Positions 51,996-64,000 of a stretch of 64,000 bases of DNA are shown one piece after another (the first letter of the stretch is position 1; each line of letters begins with the position of its first letter). The position numbers and the translations under genes are program-made. Under the pieces are notes generated by a model. That model did no database searches. It saw only the letters and a list, made by a program, of their open reading frames with translations, and was not told the origin of the DNA. The stretch comes from the human T2T-CHM13v2.0 reference genome, Homo sapiens, in assembly GCF_009914755.1 (NCBI RefSeq), contig NC_060930.1; one strand, written 5' to 3'.

Positions 51996-54644
51996 CGTTT
52001 TAACTTCCTTTAAAAATACACTGTAGATTTTTATCTCCTCTTTGCAATCTGAAATACTTTCTAGTGAGGCAAGGATGGGCTCAGGCCCTGTTTCAGTCAT
52101 CCAGTGCGAATTGCCACGGCCTTGGTCATTACAAAGAGAGAGTGCCGCACACGTGAACTCAAAGTCAGCGAGGCTTGAGAACCGCTTTCTAGACCTACAC
52201 CCTCAGGGTCCCAGCCTTGCAGTAAAACCACAAAGGAGCAGAACACGAGTGCCCGTGGGGTTCAGACTCTGGGGAATCCCTCCCTTCTAGCAGAACTCAC
52301 ACCTCCAGGGCACCTGCAGTGTGAATTTACACAAGTAAATGAAGGAATGACTGGGGAAATTTTCCCAATTACCGTGCATAAAGAGTATGCTTGTTTCCAT
52401 AGGGAGTGACCAGTGACTAGGAGAAATAAAGCAACTACCTTCAGAAGTGACGTAAGATTTAATTCCCAGTTAGACAGTGGCATGTGGGGCTTAGCATTGT
52501 CCGTTTTCACAAGTGTGTCGGGAAGCTTGCTTGCACTACAGAGGATTATTAGATTGGGAACTACCCCACAAGATGCTCAGAAGAGCTGGCCTGTGTGCGT
52601 GGCAGCAAGGGCTTGGGACCAGGAGAGGAGGGAGGGTGGCTGACAGATAAGGTTTGACGACAAAGAAGATCATTGGAGGAAAGAAGACCAGACCTACCGC
52701 AAACACCGATGCTTTCTAAAAAATGTTCGATCCAGTCCTCTCTATCAGGAGAGAAACAGGACTTCTGTGTGTAGTGTGTCTGAGTGTAATTATCAACTGG
52801 TGTTTGCAGATCTCTGTATCTCTATTCTTACACTTGGTACATTATTAACAGAAGAAAACTGAGGTCACAGAAGTTTGAAATGAAAGATTATATGACAGTC
52901 AATTATAAATAATTTCTAAGTCCTATGTATAGCAATTAGAGCGCTTTATTGCTGCGGAAGATTTTTGATATGTCATAAGTATTTTGGATTGAAACACATG
53001 TCACACATTACAAAATACTTTAAGCCTGCCTTACTGAGGTGTGGTTGATGCATACACTGCCCATGTATAGGGAGGGCAGCTGTGTGAGCTCTAATACATG
53101 AATGTGCCCAGGAAACCATGACCACCACAACATTCTGAGTAATTAGAGTTGTGTGGAAACAAAAACCAAAACCAACCAAATGGCAGGGGTCCCCTATTGC
53201 GTATCTGCATTTGGAAACTCCTGGGTACCACTGGGCAGCTCAGTGTTCATGCCTCATACACAGAACCAAGCTCTGCGTGGGCAGTCAGGATTTCCTACTG
53301 ACGCCCACCCTTGACCCGATGGGAGCCTGCAGAGGGGGTGGCGTGCCGTAGCCACTCCTGCCCTCTGTGGGGAAAGCGGGGAACAGGAGTCACAGGTTTG
53401 CCGTTTGTGAACCTCCAGGCCGCCAGTCCTGTGAGTCTGATCATGTACACTCTGTCACATTTCCGTACATCAGAATGATTTCTGAATCTAAACACCAAAG
53501 CCAAGCTTTCTTTCCAAAATAAGAGGAATAGACAGAGATCGACACTCAGCTGCAGATCAAAATAAATTCAAGGCTGGTAGGTGATGTGGCAACCCCAGGG
53601 GCTGGGCTGGGGCAGCCAGGGGAGGGGATCCCCCTACTCGAATCCAGGCACAGCAACCCCATTCGCAGCCCATCCACAGGGGTGTCCCAGGGTTAGAGCC
53701 TGGAGGGTGCCAAGGAGTGAGTTTCAGTCAGGGAAACAGGAACCAAATTGCAAAGAAGATAAAAATCCATGAATCCCTGCCCTAAAGAAACAGGAGTCTG
53801 TGCAGCCAGTGGATGCACCCCCAGAGTCTCAGGCAGGAGGAGAGTGACTGTTCAGTGGACAAAGTGGTGGTGGATTGTGGCCCAGTCCCAACCCACAGCG
53901 ACAGAAGAACCTGTTGAACCTGGGGACAATGGTCTGAGGCTCCACCACTGGGGAGCACCCCCTTCCCCAGCCCAGGGCAAGTAGAACCCCCTCAGTGGGT
54001 TGTTCCCCTTGCTCTCCGCAAAGCCCTGAGGAGCACAAAGACCCGGTGTGAACTGAGAGCTCTGGGTGCACAGAGCAGGGCAGGAGTGCCTGGGCAGGAA
54101 CCCACGGGCCGCGAGGGTAGAGTATTGGCTCAGCCTGCAGGGACGGCCGCCCGAGAACCCCCGAGGGACGCTGCAGTGCAGCAGGGCTCAGTGACCAGGT
54201 GCGGCCGGCGCTGCTTACACTCATGCGGGCTGTGCACCCAGACGGGCCTGCGCCCTCATTCACTCGCAGCAGGTGGCGAGGCTTAGGGACATACAGGTGA
54301 CACACAGGTCTGGGATAAACAATCATATTTTTATACAGATGAAAATCAGGATTTAAAAATGTTTAATAATAAGATAAAAAACATTAGTCCTAGAACCATA
54401 CGCTGTCCACGCACTCAAAAATCAGCCAACAGAAGTGGTGTGTGCGTCAGCTGAGCATTATATAAATTCGAGCCAATGTTGTATTTAGATTTTTTATTTT
54501 CCCCAAATCGACCATCCAGCAGGTTCCAGGAATGCTGTGTTTTGGGTCGGCGAAAAGACCACATTCCCCCAAAGGAACCTGTAGGGAAGTAATAGATTCC
54601 AAGGGAATGAAGGGGAGAAGGAGGAGGGAGAGGTGAAGGGAGAC

Positions 54645-54705
54645 ACGCACCCATGCACATGCATGTACACATGCACACACGTGAACACACGTGCGCACAC
54701 ACACA
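54645..54705 (+). repeat. Alternating purine-pyrimidine (CA/TG/CG) tract
   Basis: catgcacatgcatgtacacatgcacacacgtgaacacacgtgcgcacacacac. Confidence 0.7.
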
Positions 54706-55891
54706 GACTCTCTCAGTGTGTGAGGGGCTAGTGCATGGATAATGGATCAGGTGGTTTGTCCAGGAAAGAAGACAGCATGTTACCTGCTGCATAGAAAGCA
54801 AAGGACCCTCAATCACTCGACAGTAGGGGGACGTCCCTCTTCCGGGCACCGTGGTCAGAAGGCAGGGGTTAGACCCTAATTTCCCGTCTGTGTGTCCTCT
54901 CCTGTGGCATCACGAATGTTACTGCACATTACTTTCTCCTCAGCTTTATTCTGTCCTACCAGACAGTCAGGTCTCCTCTTCTTATTTATACCCTGCCTGG
55001 GAGCTTTCTGTAATAGTGAATGCAGGCTTTTTGCCCACGGAAGCCTCCCCTCCGGCTCCTGCACTAAAGTGCCCCTTACACGTTGAGGATAAACAATTAG
55101 AACGGAGCTGTTCTGAGAGAAAGACCGCCTCAGAGTGTGTTCTGCCTTGCAGACTGGATGAAGCCCAGGTGCCAGGGCTCAAACCCCGGCCCCAGCTACA
55201 GAGGTCTCTGCTCTTGGAGTGAGAGGCCTTCTGGGTGCTAAGACAAGGAGCTCTGGGTTCCGAGTCTCCACAAAATTCACAAATTATTGACTCATAATTG
55301 ATTTGCTGATGAACGCACAGTATGATTGCTTTACAGCATCTTCCTCTCTTTTCTTCTCTAACTCGCCCATGCATACTGCAGGGCCATGCAGAGAGGACAC
55401 TTCAGGATTAAATGCAAGCTGCCTGGGCCTCCCAAGGAAGTGGGATCCAATGTGAAGGATCTGAAACTGACTGCACACCTTATCTTCTAATAGGAAGGCA
55501 GAGGCAGTGGTATCATTTGCTGTAAGCATGCTTTAAAGGATTTGTTCTAAGAAAAAGATATTGGAGTTAATGATTAGCACCATCAGTGACTTGGGAGCAG
55601 TTTCAATGGAATACTGGAGAAACGAGCCTGTTTGAGAAGAGCAGAGTGATGACAACATTTGGATGAAGGATTAAGGGTGTAAAGCCCTGAAGAAGAATGG
55701 AAGAACTTTATTTTCCCCCCACATTTAGGAAAAAGGGGTCATGGGTGTGGATCAAGAGAATTCTGTTATGAAGAAAAGCAAGGGAGAGGAGGAACTAAGG
55801 ATGGCTCTGAGTGTCTAAATGGAATGAGATGTCTAAGAACCAAAATCTTTTATTTGCAATGGCTATTCTTGATTTTTAAAGAAAATTACTT

Positions 55892-57293
<1,402 letters not shown>

Positions 57294-57397
57294 AAAAATG
57301 TGTCATACTTCATGAATTTGCATGTCATCCTTGTGCAGGGACCTGGTTAATCTCTGTGTAGTTCCAATTTTAGTAAATGTGCTGCTAGAGCGAGCAC
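57294..57397 (-). pseudogene. U6 snRNA pseudogene (near full length, diverged)
   Basis: Reverse complement gtgctcgctctagcagcacatttactaaaattggaactacacagagattaaccaggtccctgcacaaggatgacatgcaaattcatgaagtatgacacattttt aligns end to end with U6, with substitutions and a short deletion after the ACAGAGA box. I recognise no upstream Pol III PSE/TATA. Confidence 0.93.
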
Positions 57398-57799
57398 TAA
57401 AAGAAAATTCTTGAAAAAATACATTATCATAAATAGATGAAAATAAATTTTGTTTATAACACACTGTCCCAAATCCCCAGAAGAAACAAAGGGTTTATGC
57501 TTTAGAGAAACTAAACCAGAGGGACTCTGGACTCAGACACACTGTGTGTAGTGAACGGACAAGGGTCTAGATAGAACAGGATGCAATGAGAATCAACATA
57601 TCTGACTGTGAAGCACTCCTCTCCCCCACTGATTGCCCCAACCTCCCTGCTCTCTTCCTGTTCCTAGAATGCAGGCTTGTGTGTATATACCCGAACCCCC
57701 ACCTTTTCCCCCCGGACGAGACACAGGAGAGTGTTTCCTGGAGAAGCTGAACTGTACAAAAGAAAAGACCTGCAGTTATTGAAGTTTAGGGAGTCATCC

Positions 57800-59330
57800 C
57801 TCCACCCCTCACCATAGTTTCCAATCTGCATTTTAGTGCCTTGCTCTTACATAGGAAAGAATGGCTAAGGATAACAAGATAACCAAGGAAAGCTTCCAAC
57901 AAGAATGACTGAGGCTAAAATAATAAACAGTAAAAGGAAACTTGGAAAGAGACCATACAGGGAGGAAAAAAAAGTTGTTAAAACTATAATATTCTCAGAG
58001 GAAAAAGAAAAGATATTGCATTCATGTTAAAATAAAAGAATGTTATAAAAGAAGCAAGTGAAGAACAATATAGGGGTTTTGGAAATTGAAAATGGAATAT
58101 TACAAATTTTAAAAACCAATAGTTGGAAGTATAAAATTGAAGAAATTCCCCAGAAAATAGAACAAAACCAGCAAAAGGACAGAAAAAATAAGAAACTTTG
58201 AGGATTAATTCAGGACAGAAAAAAAAGCAACTGAGGAAAAGAAATTATTAAAGAAGTAACACAGGAAAATCACCTAGGGCTGAAGTCCAGGAGTCTCATG
58301 TTCAATGGCACAGCACACACTGGGGCAATGGATGGAAGGAGACTGGCCCAAGGAACGTTCCTGTGAAGCTCATTATCGGCAGGGATCCAAAACAGAACCC
58401 AAGAGTGCCCAGAGAGGGAAAGCAGCCAGCAGGAAGAAAAGGGAAGAATAATGCTGTTCTATTTCTTAACAGCATTGTTGGACAGTAGGACACAGTGTAA
58501 CAAAATGACAAGAATTCAAATGAAATATGATTTTCACCTGGAATTCTGTACTGGTTGAACATGTTGTGGTAGGATAGATTTTCAATCTAGTCTTAACAAA
58601 GGGAAAGCATGAGATACTGGGAGCAGCAAAGGAGCTTCCCAGAAGGAGGGTGACAGGAGGTTCCAGCACAATAAGTGTGTGACAGGTGTGCAACAGGTGT
58701 GTAACCCAGGTGGGTGGTAGGGCAGACGCTGCAGGTGAAAGCTCATGGAGCTGATGGCATGCTTTAAAACATGTTTGGAATACGGTTGGAAACTCTACTG
58801 TCAGTTCTGGGACAGATCTGTGACAGCATTTGGAAAAAAATAGGTATAACTAAAAAACTAAGCACATGAAGAAACAAGACTAATACTAATTGCAGGGAAA
58901 AGACAAGTTGTACAAGAGAGAAAAATGGAATCCAAGTACCCTATTTGGCTCAGGCTTGAGAGATAATTACAGGGACCAAATAACTAACACCACAGCTTTA
59001 GCCAATAATCATGATCTCATCACACAGAGTCCACAAAGGTGTGTAAAACGTGAGGATCAGGGAGGAACTGCTGCGAGAATTTGGTTCCCTGTTCCGTAAC
59101 AGGCGCTCAATAGACAACGTCTAAAGAAACAAAGTAATTATTCACAAAATAGTGATGTATTATCTAGGAAAAAGAAAATAAATTTCTGAAACAGCAGAAA
59201 TAAGAGGCTTGGAAGTGGCTGTTCCGTGTGGAAATCAGAGGGATGGGGAGAGGGGGAGAGAGAGTGTTCCTGTATTTTGTTTTATGCATTTCAGTACTAT
59301 TTATTTTTTTGATGATCATATCTTACTTTG
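57800..59330 (+). mobile_element. Very old L1M (L1ME-like) remnants
   Basis: A-rich degenerate ORF1-like stretch (aagatattgcattcatg...gaaattgaaaatgg...gaagaaattccccagaaaatagaacaaaa) and L1ME-like 3' motifs. Confidence 0.4.
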
Positions 59331-61436
59331 AGGTATTTTTTGAGGTTTATCTATACTTTTCTGAATTGCAGCATGCCCTGCTATCAGAGTCACTGATAGT
59401 TTATAAAAGCCCCGATGTACAAATTAGGGAAAGGCAGAAGCAACCCCAGGCCAGCAGAGGTTTTGCTGAGAGCGGAATGGGCTGCACTTCAGTCCTTCTT
59501 GCCTCTTACACAGCGTTCAACTGGCAACTGTGCACAGCTACAGCTGCTCTGCTCCCAAACCTAAAGAATAAAAAATCAGAAAGAAAAACCTGTCTGAAAT
59601 TCTCCTAAGATCAAGTCTTATATCATCAAATGTCCCTTGAGGTAGGTATTTTTGAACTTCTGGTTTGGATGTGAACACCTGTTGGCTGAAATTAGCACCC
59701 ATCGATCTACCGCCCTGAGAAGCATCTTTGAATAATACCCGGATAAGCACGTATCCTTATGAGAGAAGGCTGGCCAGGCGTTTTAGGTGTTTCAGTCTGG
59801 TATGAACCAATGTAATGTGATTGCTAGGAGGAGGGTTCTCTCAAACAAGTTTAGGATGATCAGACAAAGACCAGTCTCCAGAAATGGAAGGTGGTCTCCA
59901 CTCTATGTGGCTCTGGCCAGGCCATATATGGAGTTTTGTTCTCAACTCAGAGGTCCTGAGGGTCTAAGGAGGTCCATTGATCGTGCCCAAGAGGGAGTCT
60001 GCAATGTTCATGGGTTTGGAAGTCACTTTAAATAAGAAAGAATGTTGAGGACGTATGGAAAGTTATGTGTAAATAGTGTTAGGCATTAAGAATGTTACAC
60101 GGAACAGTAACATATTGGACCTTTTTCAGGGTTAAGGAGTTAGGTGGAGAAAAAGATCAAATCAGGATAAAGAAGGATTTACGAATTCCGGTTGTGGTAT
60201 TCAAAAGATAAAATGTGTTGTCTTGCAGTGTGGGGAGTAAAACCAGGCCACGGGGTGTGGCACAGGGTTTTCTTGACCTGGCTGAGAGCAACTTCCAGTG
60301 TGAAGTGTTTACGATTTAATGCGTTCATCCCTTCCCCTGAACCTAGAGCTGTGAAATTACATTTCAAAAAATCCTGGATTTTGGTGTTTGGTAACGAACG
60401 ATTTCATTGTCAATCCAATTCATTACTTCTTAACTTGCAAGTCTGTATTGCTTCTTATTTGCTTCAAGGTAAGTGGATATTTTGAGGTATGAATAAAGAC
60501 CCAAGAGAATTTCCTGAGAACTGTGCAGGAGACACTTTTTGTCATTCTTATTTCCTGTCCATACTCTAAGTGCCACTTACAGACCGTGAGGCCATAAGTG
60601 GTTCCAGATTCCATCAGTGGTCTATGATGAATGAAAAGGCAATTGAATCCAGATGCTTTTTCTGGTAAACAGTTCCTTTGTAGGAAAAATCAACAGAACA
60701 AGAAGGATATTCGATTTCCCCTTAGACACTCATTCCCATTCGAGAGAGATCTTTATGCCTCTGCACCCAGTAATTGCTCAGTCTCCATTTGTAGATTCAC
60801 TATCTGTGCAAATATCACCTGTCTCATACCATCTTTTAATTACTTAATTGATTATGATGTTTTAAATGACATAAAAATATATAGTCTAATAAAAAGTATA
60901 CTGATATATAAATGAAGAGACGCTAAGACGGATAAGGTTCCTAAAGCTCCTAAATCTTTCCTCTCAGAACTACTTATTACAGTCCCGCCACATCTAGCTA
61001 CAAATCATTGGTGCAGAAATGAAACATTTCATGGAGTTACACTATTTTCAAAAGCTAAGGATTCCAAGGTGATTTCTTAAATATGCACTTAGCCACATAC
61101 AAACAAATTTGTATACTTATTCAAAAATGTATTTTTGCAAAAATTTTCAAGTGGCACAGAATTACTTACGTGATGATGTCAGATACTTCTACCTGATTAA
61201 TCTCATCTTACTGATAGATAAACTTCACGGAAATCTATGTGCAAAGCATGTCCAGTGCTGTGAGATAAACCAAATACGGTGCAGTTTCTTGGCTGCCTTC
61301 ACCATTATCTGTGGAGCACAGAAGGCAGCCTCCTTTCACCCAGCACTGCTCCGTGTGTTTATAATGACAGCCCAAGTTTTAGAAGGTTAATTTCTACTCA
61401 TATTCATGCTAGAACAATACCAGGTAAGAAAAGATA

Positions 61437-61770
61437 CAGTAGTCCCCACTTATCCACATGGGATACATGTCAAGACATCCAACGGATGCCTGAAACCATG
61501 GATAGCAACAAATCCTGTGTATGCTATGTTTCTTCTTATACATATCTGTCTATGATCTAGTTTAATTTATAAATAAGGCACAACAGGAGATTAACAACAA
61601 TAACTCATAATAAAATAGAACAATTATAACAACATACTGTCATAAAAGTTATGTGAGCGTGCTCTCTATCTCTCTCAAAATTCCTTAATATTTTCAGATC
61701 ATAGGTGCCCAGGGGTAACTGAAACCATGGAAAGTGAAACCTTGGATAAGGTGGGAGATGGTGTCTACTG
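61437..61770 (-). mobile_element. MER44/Tigger7-like DNA transposon
   Basis: TA|cagtagtccccacttatcc ... ggtaactgaaaccatggaaagtgaaaccttggataagg...ctactg|TA, with terminal inverted repeats. Confidence 0.8.
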
Positions 61771-61930
61771 TACTTGTGAAGTCCGGTAAAGACATGTACG
61801 TAAGTTATATGAAGTCTGGAGTAGTTCCTGCTACTGAGCCTGCGAAAACATCGGAGTGAACATTTTACCTTTTCAGGTAACACAACATGAGATCCTACTG
61901 ATCTTATAAATCCTTAAATAAAATTTGTTC

Positions 61931-61965
<35 letters not shown>

Positions 61966-62008
61966 TATACATATGTGTGTATATATATTTTAAGTTTTAT
62001 ATATATAT
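61931..62008. repeat. (TA)n(CA)n(TG)(TA)n compound microsatellite
   Basis: Directly visible. Confidence 0.85.
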
Positions 62009-63264
62009 TTATCACCCAGAATCTTAATTTGAACTACGTTTTTGTTTGGATTGAATATAATAGAAGTCCCACTCCATTCAGTGTAACCAAAATGTGAACA
62101 CACCATGCCAGCATCCTGAGCCTCACAGAACACAGGGAATGCCTATGCCTCGCTTGCTGATCTCCACTGACTCACAATCTAGTTGTGGCCTGAGACAAAC
62201 ACACCGCTGATCATCTTACTGAGAACCGTGGTCACAGCCACACAGCCACATGCACTTGGAGGCACCAGGTGGGGAGTCTCCCAGACAGGCAAAGCCATGG
62301 AAATCTCACCTGGAGCAAATCAAATTTCTGAGCTTTGCTCTCGACAATTTCTGGTGATTTGCTGTCTCTCCCTTGGCCAGTTCCCTCTATGCTTCCTCAG
62401 CCCTTTATTTTCTCTGTTGACTGGGAAGAGTGTTTGCCATAAATATAGAAAGATCTCCGAGTCCTTTATATTTACAACGTGACTGTGCTGCAAAAAATAG
62501 TGCGGTTTCCTTGTCCTTGTTCACATGAAACCCGGTGTGTGACACCCGGTAGTGGGATTTGCTCCTGACGGCACAGGCAGGCCGAGCTGGAATTCCAACT
62601 TGTGTCTGCCATGCTCCCCAGCTTCTGCTGGGCCGTGTGAATTCTGCATTTCACCATGCTCAAAATAGAGCATGTTTTGCCATAGCTGCTACCAATCCTA
62701 TACTTTAGTTCTGTACTTTAGAAATAGCAGGGAAATGAATAACACCCAGCCTTTTCCAGAGAAGTAAGGTAGGACATGAATTTTAACTATCTCATTTTTA
62801 GCTCTGTTTACGACATGAATTCTGTTTCGGACTAGTTGCCTCCAATTGGATACCTAAACATTTTAAAGCCATTTGGGAGGTATGGGAACAAACAAGAAAT
62901 AAGATAAAGGTGTTTTTTTTTTTTAATTTTCCCTTGGGGGTCAGTCTAAAATTTTATTCGGATAATAAAAATTCCTGAGAGATGCTGAAAAAGTAAAAAG
63001 CTGATTTCACTGAGAAGTGCGCGTCACAGGTTATGTAAGCGATTCCACAATCAGGGCTACTCCAGATTTCCAGTGTGCACTACAGGCTTCCAGTTAGTAG
63101 CATGCAATCCATCAAAATTAAGACAAGAGGACGGAATATTAGTCAGTGAACCACCACATATAAATTACCCCATTTGTGTGCACAGACAGGGCACACACTG
63201 GGCATGGTTTATGCTTGACGTCTTTGCCCTTTACTTACTAGGAAAAATTGGAAAGTTTATTTAA

Positions 63265-63460
63265 ACTCATAGAATCACAGATGATAGATTTGGAAAAGAC
63301 AGTAGAAGTCAACTAGTCTAACCCCTAGGGGCTCAGATTTTTTACCTATAACATGAGGTCATCAAATGCTTCCTGCTCTCTTTAGGGCCCTTTTGAGACT
63401 AAGAGGATCACAGATGTGAACGCGTGTTGAGAAAATTAGGAGAGCTATGCAAGTGCAAAA
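63265..63460 (+). mobile_element. MIR/MIR3-like fragments
   Basis: catagaatcacaga...ttggaaaagac.gtagaagtcaactagtctaaccc; ctcagattttttacctataacatgagg...gaggatcacagatg. Confidence 0.45.
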
Positions 63461-64000
63461 TTAAATTATCGCTTCTATTTTCATCATTATGATAGGCCTT
63501 CATACAGGTGGATAGCTGGATTCTCTGGAAAAGGCTAGCTGAATCAGGCTCGCCCCCATGGCTTCAGAACCTCCAAATTATTAGAGCTCCCTTTTGATAT
63601 CCTCGTGGGCTTCGTCCCGTCACTTAGACTTTGAATATGCCAAGTGTAATTTTGAAGTTTCTTTTATCAGGCCTACCAGGCCCTTATAATTCTTCTAAGA
63701 TAGGCTTACAAGAATAACTAATGGAAGTTTACCCAAAGTTTCTCATTTTCCCAGAAATGACTATAATCCAATGAGGTTTACTTATATGATCAGTAATAAG
63801 GTAGAAGGAAATACAGCCTGAACATCGCAGGAAGCAGTCAAGAGGTGAAACGTTTGGGAGTCGAGAGACTCCTGACCATTTATGGCAGCAGCATCGGCTT
63901 CCAGTGCATCTTCCTCACTACAGCAGAGGCAGGTTCCCTGGTCAGGGATGAGGACAGAGTCATAGTGGTGATATGGGAGGGGGGCTCACAAGTGCTGGGT

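Noticed and set aside
57294-57397. Functional U6 gene
   Set aside because: Many substitutions, a deletion next to the ACAGAGA box, fusion to L1 with TSDs, and no recognisable Pol III promoter.

Overview
Vertebrate genomic DNA, recognisably human/primate (Alu, THE1, MST, L1PB/L1M, L2, MIR), covering the 5' end of PDE10A (cAMP/cGMP phosphodiesterase 10A) on the minus strand plus about 62 kb upstream. The first ~3 kb is a CpG-island promoter containing the PDE10A2-type first coding exon ([25 protein letters not shown] at 643, phase-1 GT donor at 577/576). That exon has an in-frame 266-codon upstream extension starting at ATG 1441. About 49.5 kb further upstream is a 135-nt phase-1/phase-1 exon (50215-50081, minus) encoding ...MLKGGSKGPALLALRSGTDPRAQMSDDPAEGTLDPCSAP, which resembles my recollection of the rodent PDE10A3/PDE10A11 N-terminus, so most of the window is probably also intron of longer PDE10A isoforms. 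The rest is transposon relics, microsatellites and minisatellites. Notable structures are an old U6 snRNA-L1 chimeric retrocopy with TSDs, an ~80-bp locally templated insertion with an 11-bp flanking duplication inside a MIR, and two MLT2 LTRs each invaded by a Tigger element at their internal microsatellite. Almost all other ORFs in the track are artefacts of GC-rich, repeat or low-complexity DNA. I see no convincing wholly new biological system; the best leads are PDE10A isoform/translation control and the insertion mechanisms. Repeat subfamily names and homologies are from memory of consensus sequences, not from a search, and repeat boundaries are approximate unless TSDs are cited.
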